The notes under the pieces are model-generated. The model was given only the letters and a program-made list of their open reading frames with translations. It was not told where the DNA came from and did no database searches. A stretch of DNA of 64,000 bases, taken from contig JAUCBJ010003174.1 of assembly GCA_032718475.1 (NCBI GenBank), forward strand, positions 1 to 64,000, read 5' to 3'. Numbering within the stretch: the first letter of the stretch is position 1; every line of letters begins with the position of its first letter. The stretch comes from Nemertoderma westbladi. Lineage: Eukaryota; Animalia; Xenacoelomorpha. Positions 49,898-62,800 of this stretch are shown in pieces. Made by a program: the position numbers and the translations under genes.

Positions 49898-50493
49898 ATG
49901 GATTCCCCAGCGGAAGACAAACAGTTTGACTTCATCCGTCATTATTTCAACAACAATGAATGGGAATTAATGAGTATTTTTGTTAGGCGCCGATCGTTGG
50001 CCTTGAAAGAGCAGTTCGAGATGCTGACATCTTTGGGAATGAACGAGCACAGAGTAAAGCCTATCCCACCTCCAGACTTTATGAAGAGACGGAGTATGAT
50101 AATTCCTGGAAATCATTTATTTGTGAACAATAATGATGAACCAATCGAGGAAGAGAAAAGTGAAGAAGTTCTGTCTCAATGGATCACACTATATCTGATG
50201 TCATCGAGGATATTGTTGTCGATGTTTGTGAGGATGATACTGACAATGAATCCGTGGCCTGTACCAACTCGGATCTGGTACTTCCTTATTACAGAAGGAA
50301 CGCGACGGTTTTGCCGCCAGGTCCGTATGAATGGTGCAGCGACAGCGTCGAGCGTAGCGAGGGGAGTATTAGTGGTTCGAGTGTAGGAGGAAGTATCGAT
50401 CCTGAGATGGAAGAGGTTAATGAAACGGAATGGAATGAATTCGAGTCCATCGATAACGGCGTCGATATTCTGTTTGAGACTGGATGGAGGTAA
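49898..50493 (+). pseudogene. Ancestral KRAB (PRDM9/SSX-type) domain plus acidic tail, intronless, one apparent frameshift near 50175
   Basis: FDFIRHYFNNNEWELMS...LKEQFEMLTSLGM...PPDFMKR parallels recalled PRDM9 FKDISIYFTKEEWAEM...YNALITIGL...PAFM. Confidence 0.72.
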
Positions 50494-52035
50494 TCACGGT
50501 GGTTGAAAACGGCCATATTAATTAAATAATTTATAGAGTTTTATTGTATTTTTACCTGAGGTAATTTTTTTTATCTCAACATAAAATTTACCCGTTACAG
50601 AATCGCGCTCAGGGCTCCCGCCATGGCGTTATTTTATCGCGTCGTTCTATTTCCAAAATGTGCTAGCGACGCCAAATTTTCATTGTGTGTCCACATCCTA
50701 CAATTCCCGGCAGCTTTAGCTACAAATTATATAATTATTTTTATAGCTAACAACTGTACAGCTTGAAATAAATATATATCTTCGGGGAAAAATTAACTTG
50801 TTATAAATCAATTTCCATCATAAGGATATCAAATAGTGCATTCTTAACTAAATACAAAAACACACCAAAATAAATATTAGCTACATTGTATATTTTAGTT
50901 ACTAAGATAATATTCCATAGTAACCAATGAACTTTTCGCACTGCATTAGTGACGTCATTAATGCTGCTGATTTTTCGATGTTGTTAATTTTTCGTTTTAA
51001 AATCGCTGAACTCGGCCAATGATATTTTTTTGAAATATATTTGCTCTCCAGATGTGGTTTTTCAAAAGAAACCAACACTAAAAAACATTTCGGAGTCGTC
51101 AACCCCATTAGAGTATGAAGCTATCTTCATAAACTTTTTTTCGTATTGTGGACAAAAAAGTAATAGAAAATAGTTCAAACGGTTATCTATCTATTATTTT
51201 TCCAGATGTGTAATTAATTACCTCAGCTTGTATTAATTAATTTGGCATAATTAATTGGTTGACTCCCCATTCCATAATCTCTGCCATATCGTTTGCTGCT
51301 ATTATTTGCCGTTGTGTTTGATTAATGTCCTTTAATATCATTTGAAATAATATAAACGCCCTAAAATTAATTATAATAATAATATCATAAATTAATTATA
51401 ATAATAATATTATTATTATTAATAATATTAAATTATATTATTATTTAGCACTAAATACCGGAATATTTTTTCTGCAGCACCAATTTCATCCACCAATAAC
51501 TATCTCGTATCCCAAAAAAAAAAAAATTTTTCATCCAAACTCAAAACAATTATTTGCAACCCAGTTTTAATAAATTTTTAACCCAAAACGATACTTCCGA
51601 CATCAAATATGAATTTGAGTTTAACAGACAGATAAATAAAATGTCAAAGGTTAATTTATGGTTTTACATTTTTTTTAGCTGGGGGGGGGGGATATTGTAC
51701 TGTATGGCATTTTATTGGGGTGGTATGTATTTTTATAATATAATATGGATAAATACTTTTTTAATTTGGGGGAATATATATTTATTTAAGAGAAAATTTG
51801 TATTTATTTTTGTGTTTTTCTCAATACATTTTGTTATAACTTTTTGTTGGGCAAAGTTTTTACAAAGTCGGCAATGACGTCCATGCACTGTACGTTAAGG
51901 TACAGTACTATAGGATAGAGTTGAGCACAGTGGCAGCAGATGATGGTAATTGACAGATGGGAGGCCATGAGGAGGTAAATTGCGGACATACAAGGTATCG
52001 ATACTGTAGTATTTCCAGGTTTACCTTTTACCTGA

Positions 52036-52107
52036 GCCGCTAGCTGAATGGTTAGAGCGTCAGACTTCGAACCCGGGGGTCACCTGTTCGATCCCACCTG
52101 GACGTCA
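52036..52107 (+). pseudogene. tRNA-like sequence (TCG at the anticodon position), probably a pseudo-tRNA or SINE head
   Basis: TAGCTGAATGGTTAGAGCG D-arm and GTTCGATCCC T-loop, but acceptor and anticodon stems pair poorly. Confidence 0.55.
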
Positions 52108-52647
52108 TTGCCGACTTTGCAAAAGTTGTGCCCAACAAAAAGTTCTAATAAAATGAAACTCCTCATTCACCAATAATAAATCATACATTTTGGATCAGGA
52201 TAATTGGTTTTAGGGCCCAGTTGTTTATTTTGGCGTTGAACAATTAATTTTGGTGTTTGGATAATTTGGTTAATAATATTTTTGTGTTGATATTGTTTAA
52301 ATTGATGTGATATAATAATTTTTCGTGAAATTTTCATCAATTTTTTATGTGACTTTAATAGCCTAAAAGAAACTACCTTGCGACTTCAGTGTGGGCGATT
52401 ACACTAACTTTTATTATCACCGCATGATAATACCACCAAGTTTAAAACTTGTGGAGCTTTACATTTTGGTATATTTTGCATCTAAATAAGATTCCTAAAA
52501 TAACGCGCAATCTCGAGATATGCGAATATTCATTCAATCAATCATTCAATGTATAAATTAGATTTCGATATCTGGCAATATTAAATTAATTAATTTTAAA
52601 ATTAAAATTAATCTTAAAATTTATATAAAATTGATAATTAATTAAAC

Positions 52648-54230
52648 ATGGCCGCTTTCAGCCTCAGAAGGGAATTGAATCACTTTATCTCCCACCGATG
52701 TTATGAAAGAAACCCGAGATTATAATTCGCCATTCTTTATCGTTCCAACTGATTCCATTGCGGAAATAAAAGAAACACAGGAATGTATTCCCGATGTGGA
52801 TATATCTGATACTGCGATAGACCTGTTGGAGGATGTTAATGACGTCAGTTCCGGTAGACACTCGAATACTGATGGTGGTCCTTCTGTACTGAGTGTCGAG
52901 GAATGGGACGCGAGGTTTGGGACGCGTTGGAACCGAAGCCGAAAGGACTTCTAGTGGGGAAAGTCCGACCTCAGTAGCTGAGGAAGAAGAATTAGCTGAA
53001 GTGGTTTCTGGTTCTTCTACAGTTGAGTCGCAATTAAATGTCGTCTTGACTTCCAGATCGGTTGCCCCTTTCGAACCACGACGTGGTTTACGAACCAGAA
53101 AGGAGGTCCCCGATTACGCCAACTGCAACTGCCCAATAAAATCGTTTAGCAACTTTATATACATCGACCTTTACCGACGTACACCGAGTTGCAGTGTCCG
53201 GTACACGGGGAGTTAACTTCATACCGAATACCGAAACCACCTGTGGTGGAAGGAACCGGGCAGCAGAACAATTCCGTCGTGTTTGGAGATAAATAAATCC
53301 CCTTTTCATAAGAAAGGGGTGTTTACCAAGGTCGACTTGAATCCTGGAACATTATTTGGTCCTCATGATGGAGAGAGGAAACCAGGTAAACCGAAACCCG
53401 GGAAGACCGACGGTTACAGCTGGTTGATGCTGGACGATGAGGGTAAATTCTTTACTATCAGCGGGAGATGGGAGTTCAATTCAATTTGGATGCGCTACGT
53501 AAACTGAGCCAAATTGGAACAGGAACAAACCCTTTGTGGGTCCCAGTTGGGAGAGGATATATATTAGCGGGTCTGTAAACCAGTTGCAGCCGGTACGGAA
53601 CTCCTTACTTGGTAAGGAACGGGATACGCCAAAGAATTGGGAATAGTTACCAAACAATCGTAGGCTAAGAAATTGGGGATGAAAGCTCTGGAGGACGGGA
53701 TGGTTTTATGTACTGGATGTAGCAGTTCCCAGTCTGATAATCAGGAGGCAATTCTTAGACACCAGAGTAATCGAGGTGGATGTGCTGAGAGAAAGAGATT
53801 AGATTTAGTTCACAATAAGAGTTTACATAAATTCCCGTGCGAACATTGCGACGTCGTCTACACGGTGGAATATTTTCTTGTTTCCCATTTAAAACGGAAA
53901 CACAATGAACCCGGCTCTACTCCAACAGGTTCGGGTTCCAACGTTCCTACTGATCCCAAGAAACGTTCCAGTTCAGATGAACCAACCAATAGTCTGGGAT
54001 GTAGTTCTTGTGGGAAAGTGTTTGCAAGGAAATATAATCTAATGAAACACGAACGCGCTCACTCTGGCGAGAAACCGTTCAGCTGCCGAATCTGCTCTAA
54101 ATCTTTCTCTGATAGCTCAGCATTAATACGCCACCATGCACCAACGCACGCACACTGGAGAAAAACCGTACGGTTGTACAGAGTGTGGTATCGAGAGAAG
54201 GGAAGACTTTAGTCGCTCGAATTGATTAAT
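52648..54230 (+). pseudogene. PRDM9/PRDM7-like intronless pseudogene (SSXRD-like, PR/SET, C2H2 fingers)
   Basis: GLRTRKEV (SSXRD-like), GTLFGPHDG...GYSWLM...WMRYVN*A...EQ...IY*RVCKPV..GTELLTW*GTGYAKELG, then [34 protein letters not shown]; several stops and frameshifts. Confidence 0.85.
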
Positions 54231-54785
54231 CTCCCGAACTTAGACTTTCCCTCAAGGAAGAATAGACTAAATAAATTATATTAGGATTAATTTTAATAGG
54301 TTTAATTAAAATATTGTTACACTTATGAAACAATATCGTAGGTGCAAACAAACGGTACTGATTATTTTAAAAGGAAGGTCGACCTACAGTACCTCATGGA
54401 CTTTATTAATTTATTATACCTTACCTACATATACCTGGCTTAATTTATTTTAGTAGTAAGTAATTAATTTAATTAATAATAAATAAAATTAATAAACTTT
54501 TTTAGTTATAATAATTTTTTAGCTATAATAATATACTGAGAACCATTGGGGGGGGGGGGGGGGGGGGGGGATTGGACGCAATAAAATGCATCCCTCTCTA
54601 GGGGAAATTCGACGCAAATAACAGCTGATTACTCTCAAAGATAAAACTGTAACCCGTACTATTGTGTTTAGTTTATTGTTTTGGTTAAAATAACGTGCCA
54701 CTGTAACCTGCTCCTTTCCCTAAATTGAGAATTTAGCATTGAGGTGGGATATTAATTCGTCAAGATTTGCGTCCAGTCCCCCCCT

Positions 54786-55300
54786 TTGTCTCCAATGGTA
54801 AGGGATGTATTAAATGGCCTGTGCCAAAGTTGTGCATGGGAGTCTCAAAATGTTGGGGATGCCAAAGTATTTTTAAATAACGTTAGGGTAGTTTTAATGG
54901 ATCAATTCTTACAAGGGTGGTGGGCTGATATATCAAACTCTTCCAAGGGGCGAACAGGGGAGCACTTTAAAGAGAAATTCGGAACAGAAGAATATCTACA
55001 TTTATTAAAGGACAATAATGGCTTACGTCAAACCCTCGCAAGGTATCGGTGCTCGTCCCACAACTTAGAGATTGAAGTTGGTCGTTGGGATCACAGAGCT
55101 GTACAGGATCGGGTGTGTAAAATTTGTAACTATGGGGAAGTAGAACATGAGTAGAGTAGAGAGAGTACCACTTTCTGCTTGTGTGTCCTGCTTACTCAAA
55201 TATAAGGCAAACTTATTTAGGGCGGTATTATACTATAAACCCATCGGTATATAAGTTTAAGCACTTTAAGGCTTTATTAACCAGATTAAATGGAGTTTGT
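54786..55300 (+). mobile_element. 3' fragment of a non-LTR retrotransposon (C-terminal zinc-binding region)
   Basis: LARYRCSSHNLEIEVGRW...RVCKIC...EHE followed by YHFLLVCPAY after a disruption. Confidence 0.75.
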
Positions 55301-55763
55301 ATTTGAGTAAAGTATTTGCAATCGGGGAGCGATTGCTAGCTAGATTAAAGTTAATGTGCTTTTCAACAATAACATATACGTATGCTTGTTGTCAATTAAT
55401 TATAATAACAAAACAATTATTATTAATTATAGATGAAGCAAAGGATGGCTTACATGGTCTTGGGTTTATGGTACGTTATATTACAACAGATACTTGTATT
55501 CAGTAGTGGCAACAATGGGTCAAAAACACGATGGGCACGCGCGCCGCCCAATCGCACAGTTTGGTACACCATATCACCCACGAAAACCAAATTAGGGTAA
55601 TTAAAAGTTAATACGCGGAATTAGAGGTCATTTACGGGAAAGTTTAATGGAAAGGCTATAACTACAGGCACGAGCAAGACGTGCTTGCATATAAAATATA
55701 ATAATAATAGCAGTAATATAAAGTATAATATAATCTATAAAAAATAACGTTTGATTCACTAAC

Positions 55764-58288
55764 CGTTTTGCGTTGGAACTCCCTTCTATGTCGCTTCCAA
55801 ATTCACTTCCGGACCAGATGGTTTCGGATTCCGTGAAGTACGAATCGGTGGCGCTGAGCTGCGACACTGTTCCGTCGCTGTCATCGCCGCTGGAAACCTC
55901 GTGGGAATCCACAGCAACGCGATCCATAGCAACGCGACGAGTCTGGTCGGAGGCAGGAACCCGCGACTGTTTGGCGGGTCGCCGCGGTTTCCGGCGACCT
56001 CGACGAGCCAACATGAATACGGGCTGGCTGAAGTCCTCGTTGAATCGAACCTTGGGAGTAGTGAGGATGTCTATAAAGCAGTCGGTGACCTGGAGACGGA
56101 GCATCTTCGCCATGGCAACCGAACGCAGTCCCCCGTCCGCCGAGAGAATGAGGATTTTAAAGAGTCGGAGGATCACAGCGCGGAGTTTTCCGATGAAAAC
56201 GAGTTTAATGAAGTGGAGTGGCATTACCATGGCAGCGAGGTCGTGTTGGATGGTGGGGGAAACGAGAACGCAAGGGAGGGAACGAAATAACGAGTGGATC
56301 ACAGGATGACGGGGTGGGTGGGGGGACGTTCCGTCGTGCTGATGAAGGGGGTTGGAACGGTGTTTGGATGACGAGAGCGGATCGGTTAGACGTAGCAACG
56401 CCGGTCGGTAGACCATGTAGAAGAGGGAGGCGTTGAAAGTATCGCTCGCTCGGGATACTAAGTATATGAGGTGGTAGGAGACCTCGGTGACGATGAGATC
56501 CTCACCGGGACTGTCTTCGTCGCCCTCTAACGGGAGGTTGGGGAACAGTAAGGCGGCGTAACCGTCGGCGACCGCGTCCCACCGCCGGTGTCGGTGATCC
56601 GATACCGTGGATTCGTAGGCGGAGTCGGAGTCGGACATGGTTCCGGTGCAGACGCCACACAGCCGGGCCCCGGGTCCGCCCGCCCCGCCGCCCAGACCCT
56701 CCAGGACCAGCTGGGTGACCACCGCCAGGACTCTGCAGACCCGGGCGTCGTTGCCTAGCAATGGGAGTAGGGAGAGGAGGGGGAGGAGTACCGAGTCTGG
56801 GGCCGCGCAGCAGCAGACGCCGCAACGGGAGAGCGCCTCAACGGCGAGTAGCGCGGTGGCGCAGGGGTCAGCCGGCGGAGTAGCGAACCTGTCGGCCGGT
56901 GCAGTGGTGAACTTGTCAGCCGGCGCAGTAGCGAACCTGTCAGCCGACACCGTGGCGCACCGGTCGGCCGGCGCAGTGGCGCAACGGTCGGCCGGCGCAG
57001 CAGTGGCTATCAGTGTGAGGAAACAGTCACAGATCGATGCGACCGAACATTTCGCACCGCCGCCGGGTGGCACAATCGACGATGTTGTCCCCCCGCTTGG
57101 GGGAGCATCCCGCAAGCTGCTGCATACATTGTGGTGGTGGTGGTGGTGTGATGAGAAATCGCACCGGCGGTGGAACCGTTTCATACACGTCATCGCGTGG
57201 ATGTAGTCTACCTTGAAGGCTTTTAGTGACGTGACGAGGGAACTCAGGGATGACATGAGAGTGCGCTTGAGATGCTGTAGGTTCTGTACGAAACCATGCG
57301 CCTTGTCGTTTGGATTTCTGCGATCCGAATTAATCGGAACTGTATCCGGTGGATATCGTAGGTTACAGATCGAATCGCTCTCTCGAATATCTTTCGACGT
57401 AAAAGCGAATATCCTGGTGAATGCATCCGGTGACCTAATCGGTGGATCTGGCGAGGTAAGTTTCGGGGTTGTAGATCCACTCCTTGAACGTTTGCGGCTT
57501 GCGTTTGTCAACTCTTGCGTTGTGTGAGTTTCCGATTCAAAAGATGGGAGATTTACAATTTCTACCTCCTGCTCAATTGATGTTGGACTTTTTGGCTCTT
57601 TTGATGTTGGACTTTTTGGCTCTTTTGATGTTGGACTTTTTGGCTCATTCGATGTTGGACTTTGTGGCTCATTTGATGTTGGACTTTGTGGTTCATTTGA
57701 TGTTGGACTTTTAGGCTCTGTTGATGTTGGACTTTTAGGCTCTTTTGATGTTGGACTTTTTGGCTCTTTTGATGTTGGACTTTTTGGCTCATTTGATGTT
57801 GGACTTTGTGGCTCATTTGATGTTGGACTTTGTGGCTCATTTGATGTTGGACTTTTAGGCTCTGTTGATGTTGGACTTTTAGGCTCTTCTGATGTTGGAC
57901 TTTTTGGCTCTTTTGATGTTGGACTTTTAGGCTCTGTTGATCTTGAACTCTGTCGTTCTTTCTTGAGTGTGGAACTTTGAGACTCTAATGCTGATAGCGT
58001 TGAGACTTCTGAATCCACTTGAGTAGTGGGAATTGGAACTTCGTGGGGTCTGGGACTTTCCCCTGTTGCTGATGTAAGATTCGTGTCTGGGTGCCTATCT
58101 GTCTCCCTTAATGGTCCAACAAGGCGTTCATTAACAAGGCTGTCTGACATATTCAAATCATTTGCGACATCGGAAGTAGAGGTGAGACTGCCAACATCAA
58201 CGTGACTCTCATCCGATACTCTTGTAGATTTATGTAAGGCAATCTGGTTGATGGATTGTATACAAGTCATAACGAGAGTGAGACCGCC
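55764..58288 (-). CDS. LYST: LYST large exon (2525 nt) with internal 24-bp coding repeats
   Basis: cacag|GGC GGT CTC...AAA CG|gttagt; CGVCCC..P..VL.PLL and RWDA motifs as in LYST; phase 2 matches the exon at 25670, defining a 30-kb intron. Confidence 0.85.
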
Positions 58289-59106
58289 CTGTGAAACAAA
58301 ATGGGATAACTTCAACAAAGGGTGGTCAAATATTACATAATAAATATTAATTTGCTTAATTACTTAATGTAATTATTGGCTTACGTGTTGTAATTTACGG
58401 TTAATTTCTTTCAAAAACAAAACAGTGAATATCATTTAGAACAATTTTTAAACACAAAAGGCCTTTTAAAAAAGGCTATTATTATGTTTTTATACAAAAT
58501 AACTATATTTGTTGCAAAGAAAACATTTAGGCCAATAACAAATTCCCTCAGACACAGAGATGGATTTTTTGAAGTAAAATTAATTGCTCTCAGAGACGTG
58601 GTTTTTTCACATGCTCTTTCACATGAAACAAGCGAATACGGAAAAAAAATTCTGAGTCGCCAACCCCGGCCCATTAACCCAGTGAGCGATGTCAATTACA
58701 AGTAGTTTTCGATGAAATACTTGATTTTAGCCACCATTTTTTGAATAAAAGCAGTGCAATCTTCATTCCTGAAACGTAAAAGGGCAATTTAATGGAATAA
58801 AAAACGCGAAATCGCGCAAAGGTCCGCGTCTACTAACGCATGAACTGTCTCCTTGAATGACTTACTACCAATCGTAATACCAAAAAATATTCATTCACCA
58901 AGAGATTGAACACGGGGTACCGTCGCTCTACTAAAGTCAAACGCTCTACCAACTTCGCCACTGCGCCGTATGAAGCCTTACAAAACTAAAACACAACAGG
59001 AAATTAAGAACAACACCAACAGCGGGTGCCTCTTGATGTCTCGCTATCCCGGACCTAATAATAATATAAACTATGGATTTAACTGAAAATATTGATTGTA
59101 TTTTAC

Positions 59107-59273
59107 CTGTAAGTTGAATTCGTGGAAAAGGTCCATTCCGGAAAGCAGTTGGGCGGGACCGGTTTGTTTAGGAGGTGCCTGTAACACAGCACACATTAGC
59201 TCCAACATACCCTGCATAGTCTCGGCCCATATCAACAGCCAATCACTGGCTTCCTTGTAATCGAAACCCGTTT
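59107..59273 (-). CDS. LYST: LYST exon
   Basis: catag|AA ACG...TTA CAG|gtaaaa; QGMLELMCAVLQA...GMDLFHEF parallels recalled EGVLQILICCLQSA...AMDLVQEF. Confidence 0.85.
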
Positions 59274-59409
59274 CTATGGAGACAAAAATATCTTTTTCAG
59301 ATTATTTAACAAAATTATAACATAATAATCAAAATTAATAAGTATACAAATAACTTTCAACAAAACAATTTTCTATATCTAGTGTTTGTATATCAATGTA
59401 CGTCCTTAC

Positions 59410-59754
59410 CTAAGGTCTTGCCATATGGTATCCACCTACCTGAATATAACATATTGACAGAACTTAATTTGGTTACAAATTCCATCAAAACTGCCATCAC
59501 AGTCTTTATCGTGTCCAATTCGATAAGTTCGAGATTCACTATTGTCAAAGACAGTAAAATTCTCAAAACCATTCGTTGGGTGGGGTAAACATCTCTAGCG
59601 GCAAGCGTGTCACTGTCGGAAGTGACGTCATCAATTTTACTAAGAATCTTGGCGATTTTCGGTAATATCCTTTGGGCCACGTCATTATCACGACGGGTTG
59701 AGTAGTCATAGCAACATATCTTCTCCAGAACCGATAGCATTACTTGGCACAATT
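59410..59754 (-). CDS. LYST: LYST exon (most 5' in window)
   Basis: tctag|AA TTG TGC...TTA G|gtaagg; LCQVMLSVLEKICCYD and QRMVLRILL parallel recalled LCHVLLSLLEKVCKFD and QRMLFRTVL. Confidence 0.88.
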
Positions 59755-59844
59755 CTAGAATAATACAAACATATCGTAGTATAAAACGTAGAAGGCTTTA
59801 ACGTTCAACCGTGAAGTTCAACGTTAAATAAATAATGTGTTAAA

Positions 59845-62800
59845 CTAACAATGGGGGACCGACACACTAACCAATGGGAGATCGATAAACTAACCAATTA
59901 GGGACCGGACCGATAACCTAACCAATGGGAGATCGATAAAATAACTAATGGGAGGTTGATAAACTAACCAATGGGAGATCGATAAATTAACCAATGGGAG
60001 ATCGATAAATTAACCAATGGGAGATCGATAAATTAACCAATGGGAGATCGATAAAATAACCAATGGGAGATCGATAAACTAACCAATAGGAGATCGATAA
60101 ATTAACCAATGGGAGATCGATAAACTAACCAATGGGAGATCGATAAACTAACCAATGGGAGATCGATAAACTAACCAATGGTAGATCGATAAACTAACCA
60201 ATGGGAGTTCGATAAAGTAACCAATAGGAGATCGATAAACTAACCAATGGGAGATCGATAAACTAACCAATGGGAGATCGATAAAATAACCAATGAGTGT
60301 TCGATAAAGTAACCAATAGGAGATCGATAAACTAACCAATGGTAGATCGATGAACTAACCAATGGGAGATCGATAAACTAACCAATGGGAGATCGATAAA
60401 CTAACCAATGGGAGTTCGATAAACTAACCAATGGGAGATCGATAAACTAACCAATGAGAGATCGATAAACTAACCAATGGGAGTTCGATAAACTAACCAA
60501 TGGGAGATCGATAAACTAACCAATGGGAGATCGATAAACTAACCAATGGGAGATCGATAAACTAACCAATGAGAGTTCGATAAAGTAACCAATAGGAGAT
60601 CGATAAACTAACCAATGGTAGATCGATGAACTAACCAATGGGAGATCGATAAACTAACCAATGGGAGTTCGATAAACTAACCAATGGGAGATCGATAAAC
60701 TAACCAATGAGAGATCGATGAACTAACCAATGGGAGATCGATAAACTAACCAATGGGAGATCGATAAACTAACCAATGGGAGATCGATAAACTAACCAAT
60801 GAGAGTTCGATAAAGTAACCAATGGTAGATCGATAAACTAACCAATGGGAGATCGATAAACTAACCAATGGGAGATCGATAAACTAACCAATGGGAGATC
60901 GATAAACTAACCAATGGGAGATCGATAAACTAACCAATGGGAGATCGATAAAGTAACCAATGGGAGATCGATAAACTAACCAATGGGAGATCGATAAACT
61001 AACCAATGGGAGATCGATAAACTAACCAATGGGAGATCGATAAACTAACCAATGGGAGATCGATAAACTAACCAATGGGAGTTCGATAAACTAACCAATG
61101 GGAGATCGATAAACTAACCAATGGAAGATCGATAAACTAACCAATGGGAGTTCGATAAACTAACCAATGGGAGATCGATAAACTAACCAATGGGAGATCG
61201 ATAAACTAACCAATGGGAGATCGATAAACTAACCAATGGGAGATCGATAAACTAACCAATGGGAGTTCGATAAACTAACCAATGGGAGATCGATAAACTA
61301 ACCAATGGGAGATCGATAAACTAACCAATGGGAGTTCGATAAACTAACCAATGGGAGATCGATAAACTAACCAATGAGAGTTCGATAAAGTAACCAATAG
61401 GAGATCGATAAACTAACCAATGGTAGATCGATGAACTAACCAATGGGAGATCGATAAAATAACCAATGGGAGTTCGATAAACTAACCAATGGGAGATCGA
61501 TAAACTAACCAATGGGAGATCGATGAACTAACCAATGGGAGATCGATAAACTAACCAATGGGAGATCGATAAACTAACCAATGGTAGATCGATAAACTAA
61601 CCAATGGGAGATCGATAAACTAACCAATGGGAGATCGATAAACTAACCAATGAGAGATCGATAAACTAACCAATGGGAGATCGATAAACTAACCAATGAG
61701 AGTTCGATAAAGTAACCAATGGTAGATCGATAAACTAACCAATGGGAGATCGATAAACTAACCAATGGGAGATCGATAAACTAACCAATGGGAGATCGAT
61801 AAACTAACCAATGGGAGATCGATAAACTAACCAATAGGAGATCGATAAACTAACCAATGGGAGATCGATAAACTAACCAATGGGAGATCGATAAACTAAC
61901 CAATGGGAGATCGATAAACTAACCAATGGGAGATCGATAAACTAACCAATGGGAGATCGATAAACTAACCAATGGGAGATCGATAAACTAACCAATGAGA
62001 GTTCGATAAAGTAACCAATAGGAGATCGATAAACTAACCAATGGGAGATCGATGAACTAACCAATGGGAGATCGATAAACTAACCAATGGGAGTTCGATA
62101 AACTAACCAATGGGAGATCGATAAACTAACCAATGGGAGATCGATAAAGTAACCAATGGGAGATCGATAAACTAACCAATGGGAGATCGATAAACTAACC
62201 AATAGGAGATCGATAAACTAACCAATGGGAGATCGATAAACTAACCAATGGGAGATCGATAAACTAACCAATGGGAGATCGATAAACTAACCAATGGGAG
62301 ATCGATAAACTAACCAATAGGAGATCGATAAACTAACCAATAGGAGATCGATAAACTAACCAATGGGAGATCGATAAACTAACCAATGGGAGTTCGATAA
62401 ACTAACCAATGGGAGATCGATAAACTAACCAATGGGAGATCGATAAACTAACCAATAGGAGATCGATAAACTAACCAATGGGAGATCGATAAACTAACCA
62501 ATAGGAGATCGATAAACTAACCAATGGGAGATCGATAAACTAACCAATGGGAGATCGATAAACTAACCAATAGGAGATCGATAAACTACCCAATGGGAGA
62601 TCGATAAACTAACCAATGGGAGATCGATAAACTAACCAATAGGAGATCGATAAACTAACCAATGGGAGATCGATAAACTAACCAATGGGAGTTCGATAAA
62701 CTAACCAATGGGAGATCGATAAACTAACCAATGGGAGATCGATAAACTAACCAATGGGAGATCGATAAACTAACCAATGGGAGATCGATAAACTAACCAA

